The position numbers were made by a program, and so were the translations under genes. The notes under the pieces are model-generated. The model worked only from the letters and a program-made list of their open reading frames with translations. It did no database searches and was not told where the DNA came from. Positions 29,933-41,300 of a DNA stretch of 64,000 nt are shown piece by piece. Each line of letters opens with the position of its first letter. The first letter of the stretch is position 1. The stretch is from Candidatus Latescibacterota bacterium (GTDB lineage Bacteria > Latescibacterota > UBA2968 > SICM01). The stretch spans positions 352,001 to 416,000 of the forward strand of contig CBDCJO010000001.1 of NCBI GenBank assembly GCA_965217865.1. Reading direction: 5' to 3'.

Positions 29933-31513
29933 ATGCGTGCCGAGCTCAGGGACAGCCTGGAGTTTTTATACCGGGACTCCCAGGTTGGAAAGAGGCAACG
30001 ACCCCACGTGACGCTGGACGTGGCACGTGGCGGTACCATCAGCCTGCATATATTGTTGAACGGAACCGTCCCAGGCCGAACGCTCCGGACGCTGCTCCGC
30101 TGGAGGGGGCGTGTCCTGGACCAGGGGACCTGGTTCAGGCTTGTGGATGTACCTGTCGAGGCAAACACCGGTCTACGCGGATTCATCGAGAAGAAAGGCG
30201 AACCGAATCCATATGTCACAAGGCGAGCCCCATTCCGTGTATACGATGCTATGGAGCCGGTGGGATCTGTCATAAAGGTTTCAGGGGAGACAACCGCACT
30301 TCGGTTTCACCTGCCGATCCCGAAAGATGCGCGGGTCGGCCCCCGGGAATACACCCTCGAGGTTAAATCCGGTCTCGACCTGTTCACCTTTCCGTTCACG
30401 GTGAATATCTTCAAATCCATCATTCCCGCAACCGGTCGAAAAAGCTTTCCGAACACCAACTGGTATTCCCTGAGTCTTATGGCACAACGTCACGGCCTGA
30501 GACTCTGGAGCGCTCCCCACTGGCGGATGATTCGGAGATACGCTGACCTGCTCGTTAAGGCACGTCAGAATATGTTTATCTGTTCCCTGGGGGATATCAT
30601 CCGGGTCAGAGGGAAGATCCCGGTCTTGAATCATGAGCGTCTCCGCCGGATCGTAAAGACCTTCACGGATGCCGGAATGTACTACATCGAAGGGGGTCAC
30701 TTCGCCTCCCGCACAGGCGGTAAATGGCCGGCTACGACCTTCGACATCCATTATCCCGAGGTCCTTGCCACTTCCGCCCAGGGAAACGCCGCCCTCGCCC
30801 ACACGGCCGGCCAGTTGATGGACGAGATCGTTCGCAACGGATGGCGGGATCGATGGATACAGCACGTTGCCGATGAACCTTCAGAAGCCTGTGCCTCCAA
30901 TTTCAGGATCCTCGTCGGCATGGTCCGGAAATACATGCCCGGGATCCCCCTCCTCGACGCCACCCAGGACACCGGGCTTGTCGGGTCGGTGGACATCTGG
31001 TGCCCCCTGAATCGAGAATATCAGAAACACCGCAAAGAGTTCCACGCTCAGCGAACCGTGGGAGACCGGGTCTGGTTCTACACATGTTGCGGCCCTGGCG
31101 GACCGTGGCTCAATCGGCTGATGGATCAGGAGCTCCTGCGTCCCGCACTCTTCGGTTGGGGAGCCGCATTGTTCAACCTGGATGGCTTTCTCCACTGGGG
31201 CCTGAACCGCTATCGGCCGCATCAGAATCCGTTTGAGCAGAATGTGGTGGGACACTCGCACGGTAATTTCCTTCCCGCCGGCGACACGCACATCGTCTAT
31301 CCCGGAAAAGGCCGCCCCTGGTCAAGCCTCCGGTTTGAGGCGCAGAGAGAGGGTTTCGAAGATTACGAACTGCTCCGCGTGCTTCAGCGCCGGGCCCCGC
31401 GAACAGCGAGATCCGTCATTCGAAAGGCCATTCGCGGTTTCGATCGATACACCAAAAACGTTAAAACATTCCGCGCCGCGAGAAGTGCGGTTCTGCAGGC
31501 CCTGGAATCCTGA
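29933..31513 (+). CDS. DUF4091 / GH123-like glycoside hydrolase domain protein
   Basis: HVADEP, WFYTCC, GFLHWG, AGDTHIVYPG, SSLRFEAQREGFEDYE. Confidence 0.8.
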   Translation: MRAELRDSLEFLYRDSQVGKRQRPHVTLDVARGGTISLHILLNGTVPGRTLRTLLRWRGRVLDQGTWFRLVDVPVEANTGLRGFIEKKGEPNPYVTRRAPFRVYDAMEPVGSVIKVSGETTALRFHLPIPKDARVGPREYTLEVKSGLDLFTFPFTVNIFKSIIPATGRKSFPNTNWYSLSLMAQRHGLRLWSAPHWRMIRRYADLLVKARQNMFICSLGDIIRVRGKIPVLNHERLRRIVKTFTDAGMYYIEGGHFASRTGGKWPATTFDIHYPEVLATSAQGNAALAHTAGQLMDEIVRNGWRDRWIQHVADEPSEACASNFRILVGMVRKYMPGIPLLDATQDTGLVGSVDIWCPLNREYQKHRKEFHAQRTVGDRVWFYTCCGPGGPWLNRLMDQELLRPALFGWGAALFNLDGFLHWGLNRYRPHQNPFEQNVVGHSHGNFLPAGDTHIVYPGKGRPWSSLRFEAQREGFEDYELLRVLQRRAPRTARSVIRKAIRGFDRYTKNVKTFRAARSAVLQALES

Positions 31514-31581
31514 CGAACCATCTTCCGGACGGAACTAACGGATCAACTTTTTCTGATCTGTGATTGATTGGGAGGCATCAC

Positions 31582-32667
31582 GTGACTGGGCTCCAAATCG
31601 AGATCAAACACTGGATCGGCGTGATTCTCTGCGGACTCCTCCTTCACCCTTCGGTCAGGGAATTCGCCTCCGGTCCTGCCGAGCGTAAAGCCCACTCCTT
31701 CCCAACGCCTTATTTCGGAGGTCTTGCGATCTATTTGGCCTTCGCCGCAGTCGTCATCCAGAATTTCTATTTTTCGATCGAATTGAAGGGGGTCGCCCTG
31801 GGCGGCACCATCATCTTCATCGTCGGCCTCGTTGATGACATTTGGAATATCTCCGCCCGTGTGAAGCTCCTGTCCCAGGTGATCGCCGTCGGAATACTCA
31901 TCAAATACAACGTCTACATTTCGTTCCTCCCGGACACCTGGTGGGGATATGTGGGGGAGTTGCTTCTCACCGGAATCTGGGTGATCGGCATCACCAACGC
32001 CTTCAATTTTATCGACGGCCTGGATGGTCTGGCCGCGGGATCCGCAACCATAAACGCCATGTTTTTCGGCCTGGTTGCCTTGTTGACCGGCCAGAAGTTC
32101 ATGATGTTCCTCTCCGTTGCATTGATGGGAAGCTGTATGGGGTTCCTTCCTTACAACCTTCGCCGTCTCAAACCCGCGGGAATTTTTATGGGGGATGCGG
32201 GGAGCAACTTCCTCGGGTTCACCCTGGCGGGTATCGGCATCATGGGCGATTGGGGAAGAGGCGACCTGATCGATATCGTCGTCCCTGTTCTGATCCTGGG
32301 CGTCCCCATATTCGACACCACATTGACGACTGTTGTGCGTGTCTGGTCCGGACAGGTGAAAACCTTTAACCAGTGGATCGCCTTCACGGGGCGGGATCAT
32401 TTTCATCATCGTCTTGCGGATCTGGGCCTGGGTAACAGGAAATCCGTTCTGGTCATCTACACCGTTACGGCCTGGGCTGGCCTTTCCGCCCTGCTCATGA
32501 AAGATGCTTCCGGGTTTTACACGATCCTGGGAGTGATGCAATCCGGGATCATTTTCCTGTTGATTGGAGGATTCATGGTCTTCGTAAAAGGCCAATATGC
32601 CCGCCTGGCCGGGGCATTCAACGATGAAACTCTTCAAATCGGACATAAACACGCCATTCAACCATAA
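31582..32667 (+). CDS. MraY/WecA (glycosyltransferase family 4) polyprenyl-phosphate GlcNAc-1-P transferase
   Basis: PTPYFGG, GLVDD, NAFNFIDGLDGL, IFMGDAGS, HFHHRL. GTG start follows GGAGG. Confidence 0.9.
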   Translation: MTGLQIEIKHWIGVILCGLLLHPSVREFASGPAERKAHSFPTPYFGGLAIYLAFAAVVIQNFYFSIELKGVALGGTIIFIVGLVDDIWNISARVKLLSQVIAVGILIKYNVYISFLPDTWWGYVGELLLTGIWVIGITNAFNFIDGLDGLAAGSATINAMFFGLVALLTGQKFMMFLSVALMGSCMGFLPYNLRRLKPAGIFMGDAGSNFLGFTLAGIGIMGDWGRGDLIDIVVPVLILGVPIFDTTLTTVVRVWSGQVKTFNQWIAFTGRDHFHHRLADLGLGNRKSVLVIYTVTAWAGLSALLMKDASGFYTILGVMQSGIIFLLIGGFMVFVKGQYARLAGAFNDETLQIGHKHAIQP

Positions 32668-32862
32668 ATAATCCCGGTTTTATTCCTGCTTCCTGGATTT
32701 TTTCTCCATATTCCTTCCCAAATTCATTTAACTTTACAGTGGGAAATATTTGTCTTATATTTAAATGGGAATTACATATTTAACTTGACAAACGCAAGGC
32801 AATTGTTTATATTTAAAATTGTTTGTTAGAACAGAGAGTAAACAACAAAAAGGACAATTGCC

Positions 32863-33807
32863 ATGTCACAGAAAGCGCCTGGAAAGTCTCACCGCAAGGG
32901 AATTTCGATTCTCGAATTGGCCGACATGTTTCCAGATGAAGCGGCCGCGGTGATTTGGTTTGAAAAGCAGCTCTGGAATGGGGATCGTTGCTGTGGTCAT
33001 TGTGGAAGCGTCAAGACGCGCGAGGTACCCAATACCAAGCCCATGCCTTACTGGTGCACGGATTGCCGGTCTTACTTCAGCGTCAAGACTGGCACTGTCA
33101 TAGAGAAATCTCGCCTGCCACTTCGCAAGTGGGTCTTTGCGATTTACATCTGTGTCACACATCTCAAAGGTGTTTCCAGTATGAAGCTCCATCGGGATTT
33201 GAAGGTGACGCAAAAGACCGCATGGTTCATGCTCCACCGCCTACGTGAAACATGGGGGACGGATATGGCGGTAAAGTTCGAGGGTCCCGTTGAGGTTGAT
33301 GAGACCTATATCGGTGGCAGGGAAAAGAACAAGCATGCAAATAAGAAGTTGCACGCGGGGCGAGGCACAGTAGGCAAGGTTGCCGTGGCGGGTGCGAAGG
33401 ATCGTAAGACGCGAAAAGTAAGAACTCAAGTAGTTGAACACACGGACGGCGCGACCCTTCAGGGTTTTGTCCACAACAATGTGAAGGATGGCGCAACGGT
33501 CTATACGGATGATGCAACGGCCTATCAGAACATGTACGGCTTTGATCACAAATCCGTGAAGCACAGCGTTGGCGAGTTTGTAAGAAAAAAGGCTCACACG
33601 AACGGTATGGAAAGCTTTTGGGCATTGCTGAAGCGTGGCTATTATGGCACCTATCACAAAATGAGCCTCAAGCATCTGCAGCGTTACGTCAATGAATTCG
33701 CTGGACGTTGCAGTATTCGGGACGTGGATACCGTGAAGCAGATGCAATCCGTTGTTGCGGGGATGATCGGAAAACGGTTGATGTATAAGGAACTGATTCA
33801 AAGTTAG
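32863..33807 (+). CDS. IS1595 family transposase
   Basis: Zn ribbon CGHC/CTDC, QKTAWFM, VEVDETYIGG, YTDD, HTNGMESFW, HLQRYVNEF. Confidence 0.95.
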   Translation: MSQKAPGKSHRKGISILELADMFPDEAAAVIWFEKQLWNGDRCCGHCGSVKTREVPNTKPMPYWCTDCRSYFSVKTGTVIEKSRLPLRKWVFAIYICVTHLKGVSSMKLHRDLKVTQKTAWFMLHRLRETWGTDMAVKFEGPVEVDETYIGGREKNKHANKKLHAGRGTVGKVAVAGAKDRKTRKVRTQVVEHTDGATLQGFVHNNVKDGATVYTDDATAYQNMYGFDHKSVKHSVGEFVRKKAHTNGMESFWALLKRGYYGTYHKMSLKHLQRYVNEFAGRCSIRDVDTVKQMQSVVAGMIGKRLMYKELIQS

Positions 33808-33822
33808 AAGGGAGAGAAGATC

Positions 33823-34332
33823 ATGCCGTACTTGGCCGAAGCAGTCGCTAATAGTTTCCTGGATATCGCTAAGTCTTCAGGCGAAACGGTAGACGCGATG
33901 AAAATCCAGAAACTGGTGTACTTCAGTCACGGGTGGCACCTCGGATTCGATAAGGGGGCCTTGAGCGCCGAGAACGCACAGGCTTGGAGATGGGGACCGG
34001 TTTTTCCAGATCTTTACCAAGTAGTGAAAGTCTGGGGGAGTAGGCCCATCATGGGGCCCTTAGAAACTATGGATGTCGGTGAGCACAGAAGGTTACAGTG
34101 GAACACGCCGCGCGTCCCTCCCGAGGATACTTTCGCGATGGAACTCATCGAACGAGCGTGGGAGGTCTATGGTCACATGCCTGGGCTGTCGCTATCGCAA
34201 CTCACACACGAACCTGGGGGGCCTTGGGATACAATAAGGAAAAAGAATCCCTATGGCTATAACTTGGTGATTCCGAATAACATCATCAAGAAACACTTTG
34301 CACAGAAGATCTCGGCAAATGCCGGAACTTAA
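33823..34332 (+). CDS. DUF4065 / Panacea (SocA/GepA-like) antitoxin
   Basis: VANSFL, MKIQKLVYFSHGW, AWRWGPVFPDLY, LSQLTHEPGGPW. Confidence 0.88.
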   Translation: MPYLAEAVANSFLDIAKSSGETVDAMKIQKLVYFSHGWHLGFDKGALSAENAQAWRWGPVFPDLYQVVKVWGSRPIMGPLETMDVGEHRRLQWNTPRVPPEDTFAMELIERAWEVYGHMPGLSLSQLTHEPGGPWDTIRKKNPYGYNLVIPNNIIKKHFAQKISANAGT

Positions 34333-34696
34333 AGACCTTCGCACCGTCCGGACTGATAAGCTTCCAGAACCTGATCAGCAAGACGTCAGTCTGTTCGATG
34401 ACGAGAAAAAAGAACTTGATAACCAACGGCTTCGACTTTATAACCAACGACTTGAAGCCGAAATCAACGATCTCACTCAGGACCGCGATCAACGTAAAAC
34501 GTACGCAAACCGCTTATATTGGCTCATTGTCGGTTGGCTCATTGTTGTTGGCTTAATCATGCTTCTGCACGGATTAAGTCCCATCTCATTCAAACTCTCC
34601 GTCACTGTGCTCACTACTCTAATCGGCTCAACCACAATTTCGGTTCTGGGGTTGTTCGTCATCGTCGCAAATTATCTTTTTCCCAAGAGGCCTTAA
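34319..34696 (+). CDS. Small coiled-coil + 2-TM protein, candidate PanT toxin
   Basis: ATG 34319 overlaps the antitoxin stop. Two hydrophobic C-terminal segments. Confidence 0.65.
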   Translation: MPELKDLRTVRTDKLPEPDQQDVSLFDDEKKELDNQRLRLYNQRLEAEINDLTQDRDQRKTYANRLYWLIVGWLIVVGLIMLLHGLSPISFKLSVTVLTTLIGSTTISVLGLFVIVANYLFPKRP

Positions 34697-34803
34697 AATC
34701 CCCCTAACTACTTTCACGCGATTGCAGGCACCGTAAAGGAGTTGCAGGTTACTCAACGGGGCGTGAAACTGGCGCCCCCCCTTGTATGTTTGAGGAGGCG
34801 TGT

Positions 34804-34956
34804 ATGCCACGTTACGAGTTTAAAGGCGCGACACCCGAAGCGCTAGCCCGAGCCTTACGCCGACGGCCGTCGGGCCAAGTGGACAGACAAGAGAAACATT
34901 CAGCAGACCATCAGAAAGAGCAGCAGAAAGGCACTCAACGAAACAATCCTAAATGA
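34804..34956 (+). CDS. 50-aa small ORF inside the IS1595 element
   Basis: GGAGG RBS, then MPRYEFKGATPEALARALRRR...NPK*. Confidence 0.4.
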   Translation: MPRYEFKGATPEALARALRRRPSGQVDRQEKHSADHQKEQQKGTQRNNPK

Positions 34957-35046
34957 TTTCTCGACTTTTGTCAAGTTAAATATGTAATCCCCATTTAAAT
35001 CTTAATTACCTTCCTATCCTCATTCCGGTTTCTTTTCAAGGAGTTT

Positions 35047-35373
35047 TTGATGCCGTCAAAAACCGATACTTCGTTCAAAACCGGCAACATCTCGGTGACT
35101 TCGGACCCCGACCGTGAGTTCCTTATTGAAACCCATTGCTGTGTCACAGGTGCGGACGTCAAGCACAGCTTCTGCCGCTACCCGGATAGTGTCAACGGAA
35201 CCTTGATGGTTATGTCACACGAGGCCATGCTCAAAAACTCCCTGCCCGGACAGGACCTTGTCACAGCCTTCGAGAAGGTACTGGCCAAGCGGCGCGAGAC
35301 CGAAAAAAGTCCAAAGGACGAAAAAAGTAACACCCCCCCAACAGATACATTTTTTTCGCCTTTGAAATCGTGA
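35047..35373 (+). CDS. Hypothetical protein
   Basis: 108-aa ORF ending just before the DUF1844 gene. Confidence 0.5.
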   Translation: MMPSKTDTSFKTGNISVTSDPDREFLIETHCCVTGADVKHSFCRYPDSVNGTLMVMSHEAMLKNSLPGQDLVTAFEKVLAKRRETEKSPKDEKSNTPPTDTFFSPLKS

Positions 35374-35377
35374 GATA

Positions 35378-35755
35378 TTGAAGATGGATGAACCCCGATC
35401 CTTGACTGAGGAGCAACGTAACGAACTCTTATTCACCCAAATTGTCATCATGTTCCAGGGTGCTGCCATGCAGCAATTGGGCAAGGTAAAGAATCCTGTA
35501 ACCGATAAGATCGAACGAGATCTTGATCACGCCCGGAATAGCATCGATATCCTTGGCATGCTGGAAGTTAAGACCAAGGGGAATCTGACCACCCAGGAAG
35601 ATCAATTCCTTCAGCTCGTGCTTTCTGAGTTACGGTTGAATTATGTCGACGAAGTCAAAAAACCCGTAGAAACTCAGCCTGAGTCGGAGAAAGAACCGGA
35701 AGGAGAGACCGAGAAAAAGCAGGAAGAAACCCCGGAGAACGAAATAAAGGGATAG
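35378..35755 (+). CDS. DUF1844 domain protein
   Basis: AMQQLGKVKNP, ARNSIDILGMLEVKTKGNL, LRLNYV. Confidence 0.88.
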   Translation: MKMDEPRSLTEEQRNELLFTQIVIMFQGAAMQQLGKVKNPVTDKIERDLDHARNSIDILGMLEVKTKGNLTTQEDQFLQLVLSELRLNYVDEVKKPVETQPESEKEPEGETEKKQEETPENEIKG

Positions 35756-35818
35756 GCCCCTTGGGCCTTTCTCCATCTGACTTAAGAAGGTTCACCTAAT
35801 CCCATTAAAGGGTGCGGA

Positions 35819-37526
35819 ATGAAAGAGATTCGGTATTTCGACTTCTTGAAATCGATGCGGTCGAACATCTACGAGATCCACTTCAACGACCTCTCCTACA
35901 GCCCACCAAAAGTCGATTTCCGCGGGGCCATGATCATCTTGAAGCCTTATATCGGGGGCCGATTGAAGGATCAGCTCAAAGCCGTCGTCCCGATAAGCCT
36001 CTACCTCTTCCTGTTTCAGATCGTCATTCTCCGCCAGTCGATACCCAACGCAACTGTTGTGGCCTTGGGATTGGGCGGCGTAATTATTGGGTTGATGTTC
36101 TTCATGGAGGGCCTCAAGCTCGGGTTGATGCCGTTCGGTGAGGTCATCGGGTCAACCTTCCCCCTAAAATCCAAGCTCGTGACCATTCTGCTCATCGCCT
36201 TCACCATCGGTTTGGGGGCGACCTTTGCAGAGCCGGCGATCGGTGTCTTAAAGGAGGCCGGGAAAATCGTTAAAGCCGAGGATGCTCCGGTCCTGTATGC
36301 CCTGTTGAACATCTACTCGGGTCTCCTGGTGACCTGTGTGGGAATCGGCGTGGGCCTCGCGACGGTCCTGGGTATCCTCCGGTTTCTCTACAACTGGAGT
36401 CTGAAGCCGCTCATCTTCGCCTCAGTGACCCCTACCCTGCTCCTGACCGTCTATGCGTACCTTGACGAAGGCATGTCGAGCATGATCGGCCTGGCCTGGG
36501 ACTGCGGCGGGGTGACCACGGGACCGGTCACAGTCCCCCTCGTGCTCTCTCTGGGGATGGGGGTGTCTCTGGTCACGGGGAAATCCGATACCGGCATGTC
36601 CGGGTTCGGGATCGTGACGCTGGCCTCGCTTTTCCCGATTATGGCCGTCCTGAGCCTTGCGCTCTACGTGACGAGCACGCAAGATGTTCAGGCCATCGTG
36701 GCCGCTGCCGCAAAGGTCGGCGAAACCACGACGGTGGAACCCACCTTGTGGGACCATCCGGTGGTCGCCAATATCATTCTGGCCTTCCGGGCGATCCTTC
36801 CCCTCTGTGCCTTTCTCTACCTCGTTCAAAAGGTCATCCTTCGGGAAAAGATTCAGAACTTCGGGATCGTTATCTACGGCATCGGACTCTGCGTGATCGG
36901 AATGATCATGTTCAACCTGGGTCTGGCCTTCGGCCTTTCCGCGCTCGGATCCCTGGTTGGAGATATCCTTCCCGCGGCCTTTACGGAGCTGGACAAGGTG
37001 AGCGGATCCCCCCTCTATCTTTACCAAGTTGGAATCGCCATCACGGTCCTCTTCGCCTTCATCAATGGGCTATGGCGCCACGCTGGCAGAACCCGCCCTG
37101 AACGCCCTGGGCCTCACCGTCGAGAATATCACAAACGGCGCTTTCAAAAAAACCGTCCTGATGCATTCGGTGTGCGTCGGCGTCGCCTGCGGCCTGTCCA
37201 CGGGAATCCTGAAGGTGGTCTTTGATATTCCCCTCCCCTACCTCCTCATACCCCTTTATTCGATCCTCATTGTGTTGACCATTTTTTCATCCGAGAAGTA
37301 CGTCAACATCGGTTGGGACTGTGGAGGCGTTACGACGGGACCGGTCACCGTCCCCCTGGTGCTCGCCTTGGGTCTTGGGGTCGGCAACGCGGTGAATGTT
37401 GTAGAGGGATTCGGAATCATCTCCATGGCGTCCGTATGGCCAATCATTACGGTGGTTTCTGTGGGACTTTGGGTGGATCACAAGGCATCTCAGGCCGAGG
37501 ATGAATCGGCAAGGAGCGTGGCATGA
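35819..37526 (+). CDS. DUF1538 tandem-domain membrane protein (frameshift, extra A near 37064)
   Basis: Two copies each of ATxAEPA and WDCGGVTTGPVTVPLVL, spread across ORFs 35819-37225 and 37029-37526. Confidence 0.88.
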
Positions 37527-37894
37527 ATCAGAGCAAAATCATGACGGTATTGACCGACTTGAAAATGATAACGTGCATCGTACAACGAGGCGCGGGTGAG
37601 GCCATTGTCAAGGCCGCTGCGGACGCGGGCGCAACCGGCGCCACTGTGCATTTTGCCCGGGGTACGGGTGTGCGTGAAAAACTCGGGATCCTCGGAGTGG
37701 CGGTCGAACCCGAGAAAGAGGTCATCAACATCGTGGTTCCCGCGGAAAAGGCGGATGAGATCTTTGAAGTGATGTATTTTGCGGGAAAACTGAACGTTCC
37801 CGCGATGGGTTTCATCTACATGTCCTCCCTCGATAAGGCCGCAACCTATATCCCTAAAGAGGTAGCGGAAAAAATAGGTAAGGAAACAGAATAA
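37523..37894 (+). CDS. P-II family regulator
   Basis: AGATGATVHFARGTG, EPEKEVI. Coupled to the DUF1538 gene. Confidence 0.88.
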   Translation: MNQSKIMTVLTDLKMITCIVQRGAGEAIVKAAADAGATGATVHFARGTGVREKLGILGVAVEPEKEVINIVVPAEKADEIFEVMYFAGKLNVPAMGFIYMSSLDKAATYIPKEVAEKIGKETE

Positions 37895-38040
37895 CCTTTT
37901 AGCATGGGGATTTGACTTCAGCAGCATATCGATCGATTGATCGATTTTTGTGATTTAGGTCACGGACTTTTTTTATCATTTCCGTGACCACTATCACCAA
38001 ATAATAATACTTAATTTACCATTGTTATTAGTCGGGTGAG

Positions 38041-38068
38041 GTAGGGACGACGTCCGGGTCGCCCCTAC
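38041..38068. repeat. GTAG-type REP hairpin
   Basis: GTAGGGACGAC-GTCCGG-GTCGCCCCTAC. Confidence 0.6.
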
Positions 38069-38158
38069 CTTTGTTTTAGGTGACCGTTCATGACCCCACT
38101 TATCGTTTTATGAATTAAATTTCTCCTTGAATTTTTAGGTCAATTTTATGTCAGAAGT

Positions 38159-38178
38159 TATTGACAACAGTGTCAATA
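38159..38178. promoter_or_regulatory. Palindromic operator / upstream activator site
   Basis: TATTGACA-acag-TGTCAATA, ~105 bp upstream of a sigma-54 motif. Confidence 0.5.
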
Positions 38179-38282
38179 GTTGATGACAATCCTTGCCAAT
38201 TAAACGAAATCAAGAACCGTTTTGTAAACCCCGATTACCCGCATGACCTAGGAAACAATAAGTTATGACAAGCGGAGGACCA

Positions 38283-38297
38283 TGGCACGGACCTTGC
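38283..38297 (+). promoter_or_regulatory. Sigma-54 (-24/-12) promoter
   Basis: TGGCAC-GGACC-TTGC is an exact consensus, 85 bp before ATG 38383. Confidence 0.7.
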
Positions 38298-38382
38298 GAT
38301 TAGACCACTCGGCCATATACGTACAACAGACCTTGAAGGAAAAGTCGAATCAAAACGGAACCCTATTTCCGAGGGGATACAG

Positions 38383-41300
38383 ATGATTTCAACGACCCAG
38401 AGATACTTCATGACGATCCTGTTCATGAGTTGCATCTTCCTGATTTCTACGACCACTTTAGCGCAGGAAGACGTCACACTCGAAGGAGACGTGACGGACG
38501 TAGACGGTAATATAATAGAGGGTGTGGGCGTCAATGTCTTCAACGACCAGGGCCAGAGTGGATTCTCGCTTACCGACGCGGAGGGCAACTTTAGTATCAC
38601 GCTGCCCCCCGGATCTTATACCCTGGATGCAGCCCCTCCGGCAAACACCTCGTTCCTTCGGACCCGAATGGATATCACGGTTACTGACGATCCCGCTGGT
38701 ATTAACGTGATACTTAATAAAGGGTTCGTCCTGTCCGGATTAGTCCTGGGGTCTGATGAACTGGCCGTAAGTGACATAAGCATGAGCTTCTTCTTACCCC
38801 CCGAAACGTTTTTCCACGCGCAGAGCCAGGAGGACGGAAGCTATAGCGTGGTCCTCCCCGAAGAGGGACCTACGAAATCACCCTGAATCCCCCCTCGGGG
38901 ACGCCTTATCTCACCACCGTGAGGGAGGGATTTGGGATCTCAGGCATCCCGGGGAGCAGTATCGTGGAGGATCTCGGCCTGGATCGAGGTGCCGTCTTCT
39001 CAGGATTCGTCAGGGGTCCGAATGAAGAGGCCGTAAGCGACGTGAACATCCACCTATCCTCAGCGTCCGGTTTGTCCTTCGGGACGCAGAGCCTGGCGGA
39101 CGGAAGCTATCGCGTGGTGGTTCCACCGGATACCTACGACATCTTCCTCAGCCCCCCTCAGGGATCATCATACGTCAGCGCTCGAAGGGAGGGGGTTTCG
39201 ATTCAGGAAGATACCGTGGATGACCTGGGGTTGGATCTGGGGGTGACCGTGTCGGGTCGGGTGACCGACCAGGGTGGAACCCCCGTGGAAAATGCCCACG
39301 TGAATCTGTTCGGTCCGGAAGGCGGGAACAGCGGAAGCACAGACGCCGACGGCAACTACAGCGTTCTCATCAGTCCCGGTTCATATAATCTGAATGTCAA
39401 CCCCCCGGAGGGGGCCCCTCTCCTCCCGGAACAAAGAGATGAGTTCGAAGTTTTTGGCGATCTCACGATCGATATCTCCCTGCTGGAAGGCGCGACGGTT
39501 CGGGTGTGGTTCGAGGCTCGGACGGCCAGCGGGTCCAGGATGCATGGGTCTTCTTAAGCGATCCCGAGACTTTTCAAGGCAGAGGTTCCGGCACCGATGC
39601 GGATGGATTTTACAACATCCTTATTTCACCCGGGACCTATAACCTAAGGGTGGATCCGCCTGGTGAGAGCTCTCTCCTTCCGTTTAACAGAGAGGACCTC
39701 CAGGTGACGATCGGCATGCCCCCCCTCGACATTACCCTTGAAAGGGGAGCGATCCTGACCGGTTTGGTCACCGATCCCGCAGGCAACCCATTGCAGGACG
39801 TGTTTGTCAACGCGTGGAATCCGGAGACGCAGACCGGCGGGGGGTCCGGGACAGATGAAAACGGGCGATACCGGATGACCCTTCCTCCGGGGACATACGA
39901 CATAGACACCCACCTTCCTCAGGAAAGTCCCTTAATCTCGAGACGTATCGAGGCCGTACAGGTCATATCAGACCGGACCCTCGATATCAGCCTGGAGCGG
40001 GGAGCGATCCTTTCTGGTTTGGTCTCTGACCCTTCGGGAAACCCGCTCCCGGACGTTTTTATCAACGCGTGGAATCCAGAGACACAGACCGGGAACGGCA
40101 CCCGAACCGATGAAAACGGGCGATACCAGATGACCCTCGCCCCGGGGATCTACGAGTTGAACATCAATCCCTCCCAGGGAAGCCCGTTCATCTCACAACA
40201 CCTCGAGGACGTCCAGGTGACGGGCGACCGAACTCTTGATATTCGATTGGAAAGAGGGGCTATCCTTTCGGGTCTGATCACCGATCCGGGCGGCAATCCC
40301 CTTCAGGACGTGTTTGTCAACGCGTGGAATCCTGAGTTACAGATCGGCGGCGGGTCGGGGACCGATGAAAACGGGCGCTATCAGATGGCACTGCCCCCGG
40401 GGAAATACGAGATCAACCTCCACCTCGGGCAGGACAGCCCCTTCGTATCGCAAAGTATCCAGGACTATCAGCTCCTGGGAGACCAGACCCTCGACATCAG
40501 GGTGGACCAAGGAGCGATCCTCTCGGGGCGCGTCACCGATCCCAATGGAAATCCGGTCCCGGAGGTGCACGTCAACGCGTGGAATCCTGAGTTACAGATC
40601 GGCGGCGGATCGGGTACCGAGGAAGACGGGCGATACCGGATGGCACTACCCCCGGGCACTTACGAGATCAACGTCCATCTCCCGCAGGACAGCCCCTTTG
40701 TATCGAGGCCGATCGATGGCGTCCAGGTGATTAGTGACCTGACCCTCGATATCCACCTGGATCAGGGCACGATCCTCTCGGGATTGGTGACCGACCCCGC
40801 GGGCAATCCTCTGCCGGATGTCTCTGTCAACGCGTGGAATCCCGAGACGCAGACCGGCGGCGGGTCCGCAACCGATGAGAACGGGCGATACCGGATGGCC
40901 CTCCAGTCCGGAATTTACGATATCAATGTCAACCCCCCGCAGGACAGCCCCTTTGTTCCGCAGCGAATCGAATCCGTTCAGGTGACCTCGGACAGGAATC
41001 TCGATATTCAGCTGGAGCGCGGGGCGGTCCTCACAGGGCTGATCACCGATCCGTCGGGGACCCCGCTCAGTGACGTTTTTATCAATGCCTGGAACCCGGA
41101 GACACAGACAGGTGGCGGATCCGGAACGGACGAAGACGGGCGTTACCGGATGGCCTTGCTCCCGGGGATTTATGAAATCAACATCCATCTCCCCCAGGAC
41201 AGCCCCTTCGTCTCTGAAACGATCAGGGACTACCAGCTCCTGGGTGATCAAACCCTCGACATCCGAGTGCAACGAGGAGCGATTCTATCCGGTCTGGTCA

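Larger units (their letters stand above)
32767..34992 (+). mobile_element. IS1595-family element with passenger genes (2226 bp)
   Basis: TIR GGGAATTACATATTTAACTTGACAAA versus reverse-complement GGGGATTACATATTTAACTTGACAAA (25/26). 8-bp TSD ATTTAAAT at 32759-32766 and 34993-35000. Confidence 0.92.
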
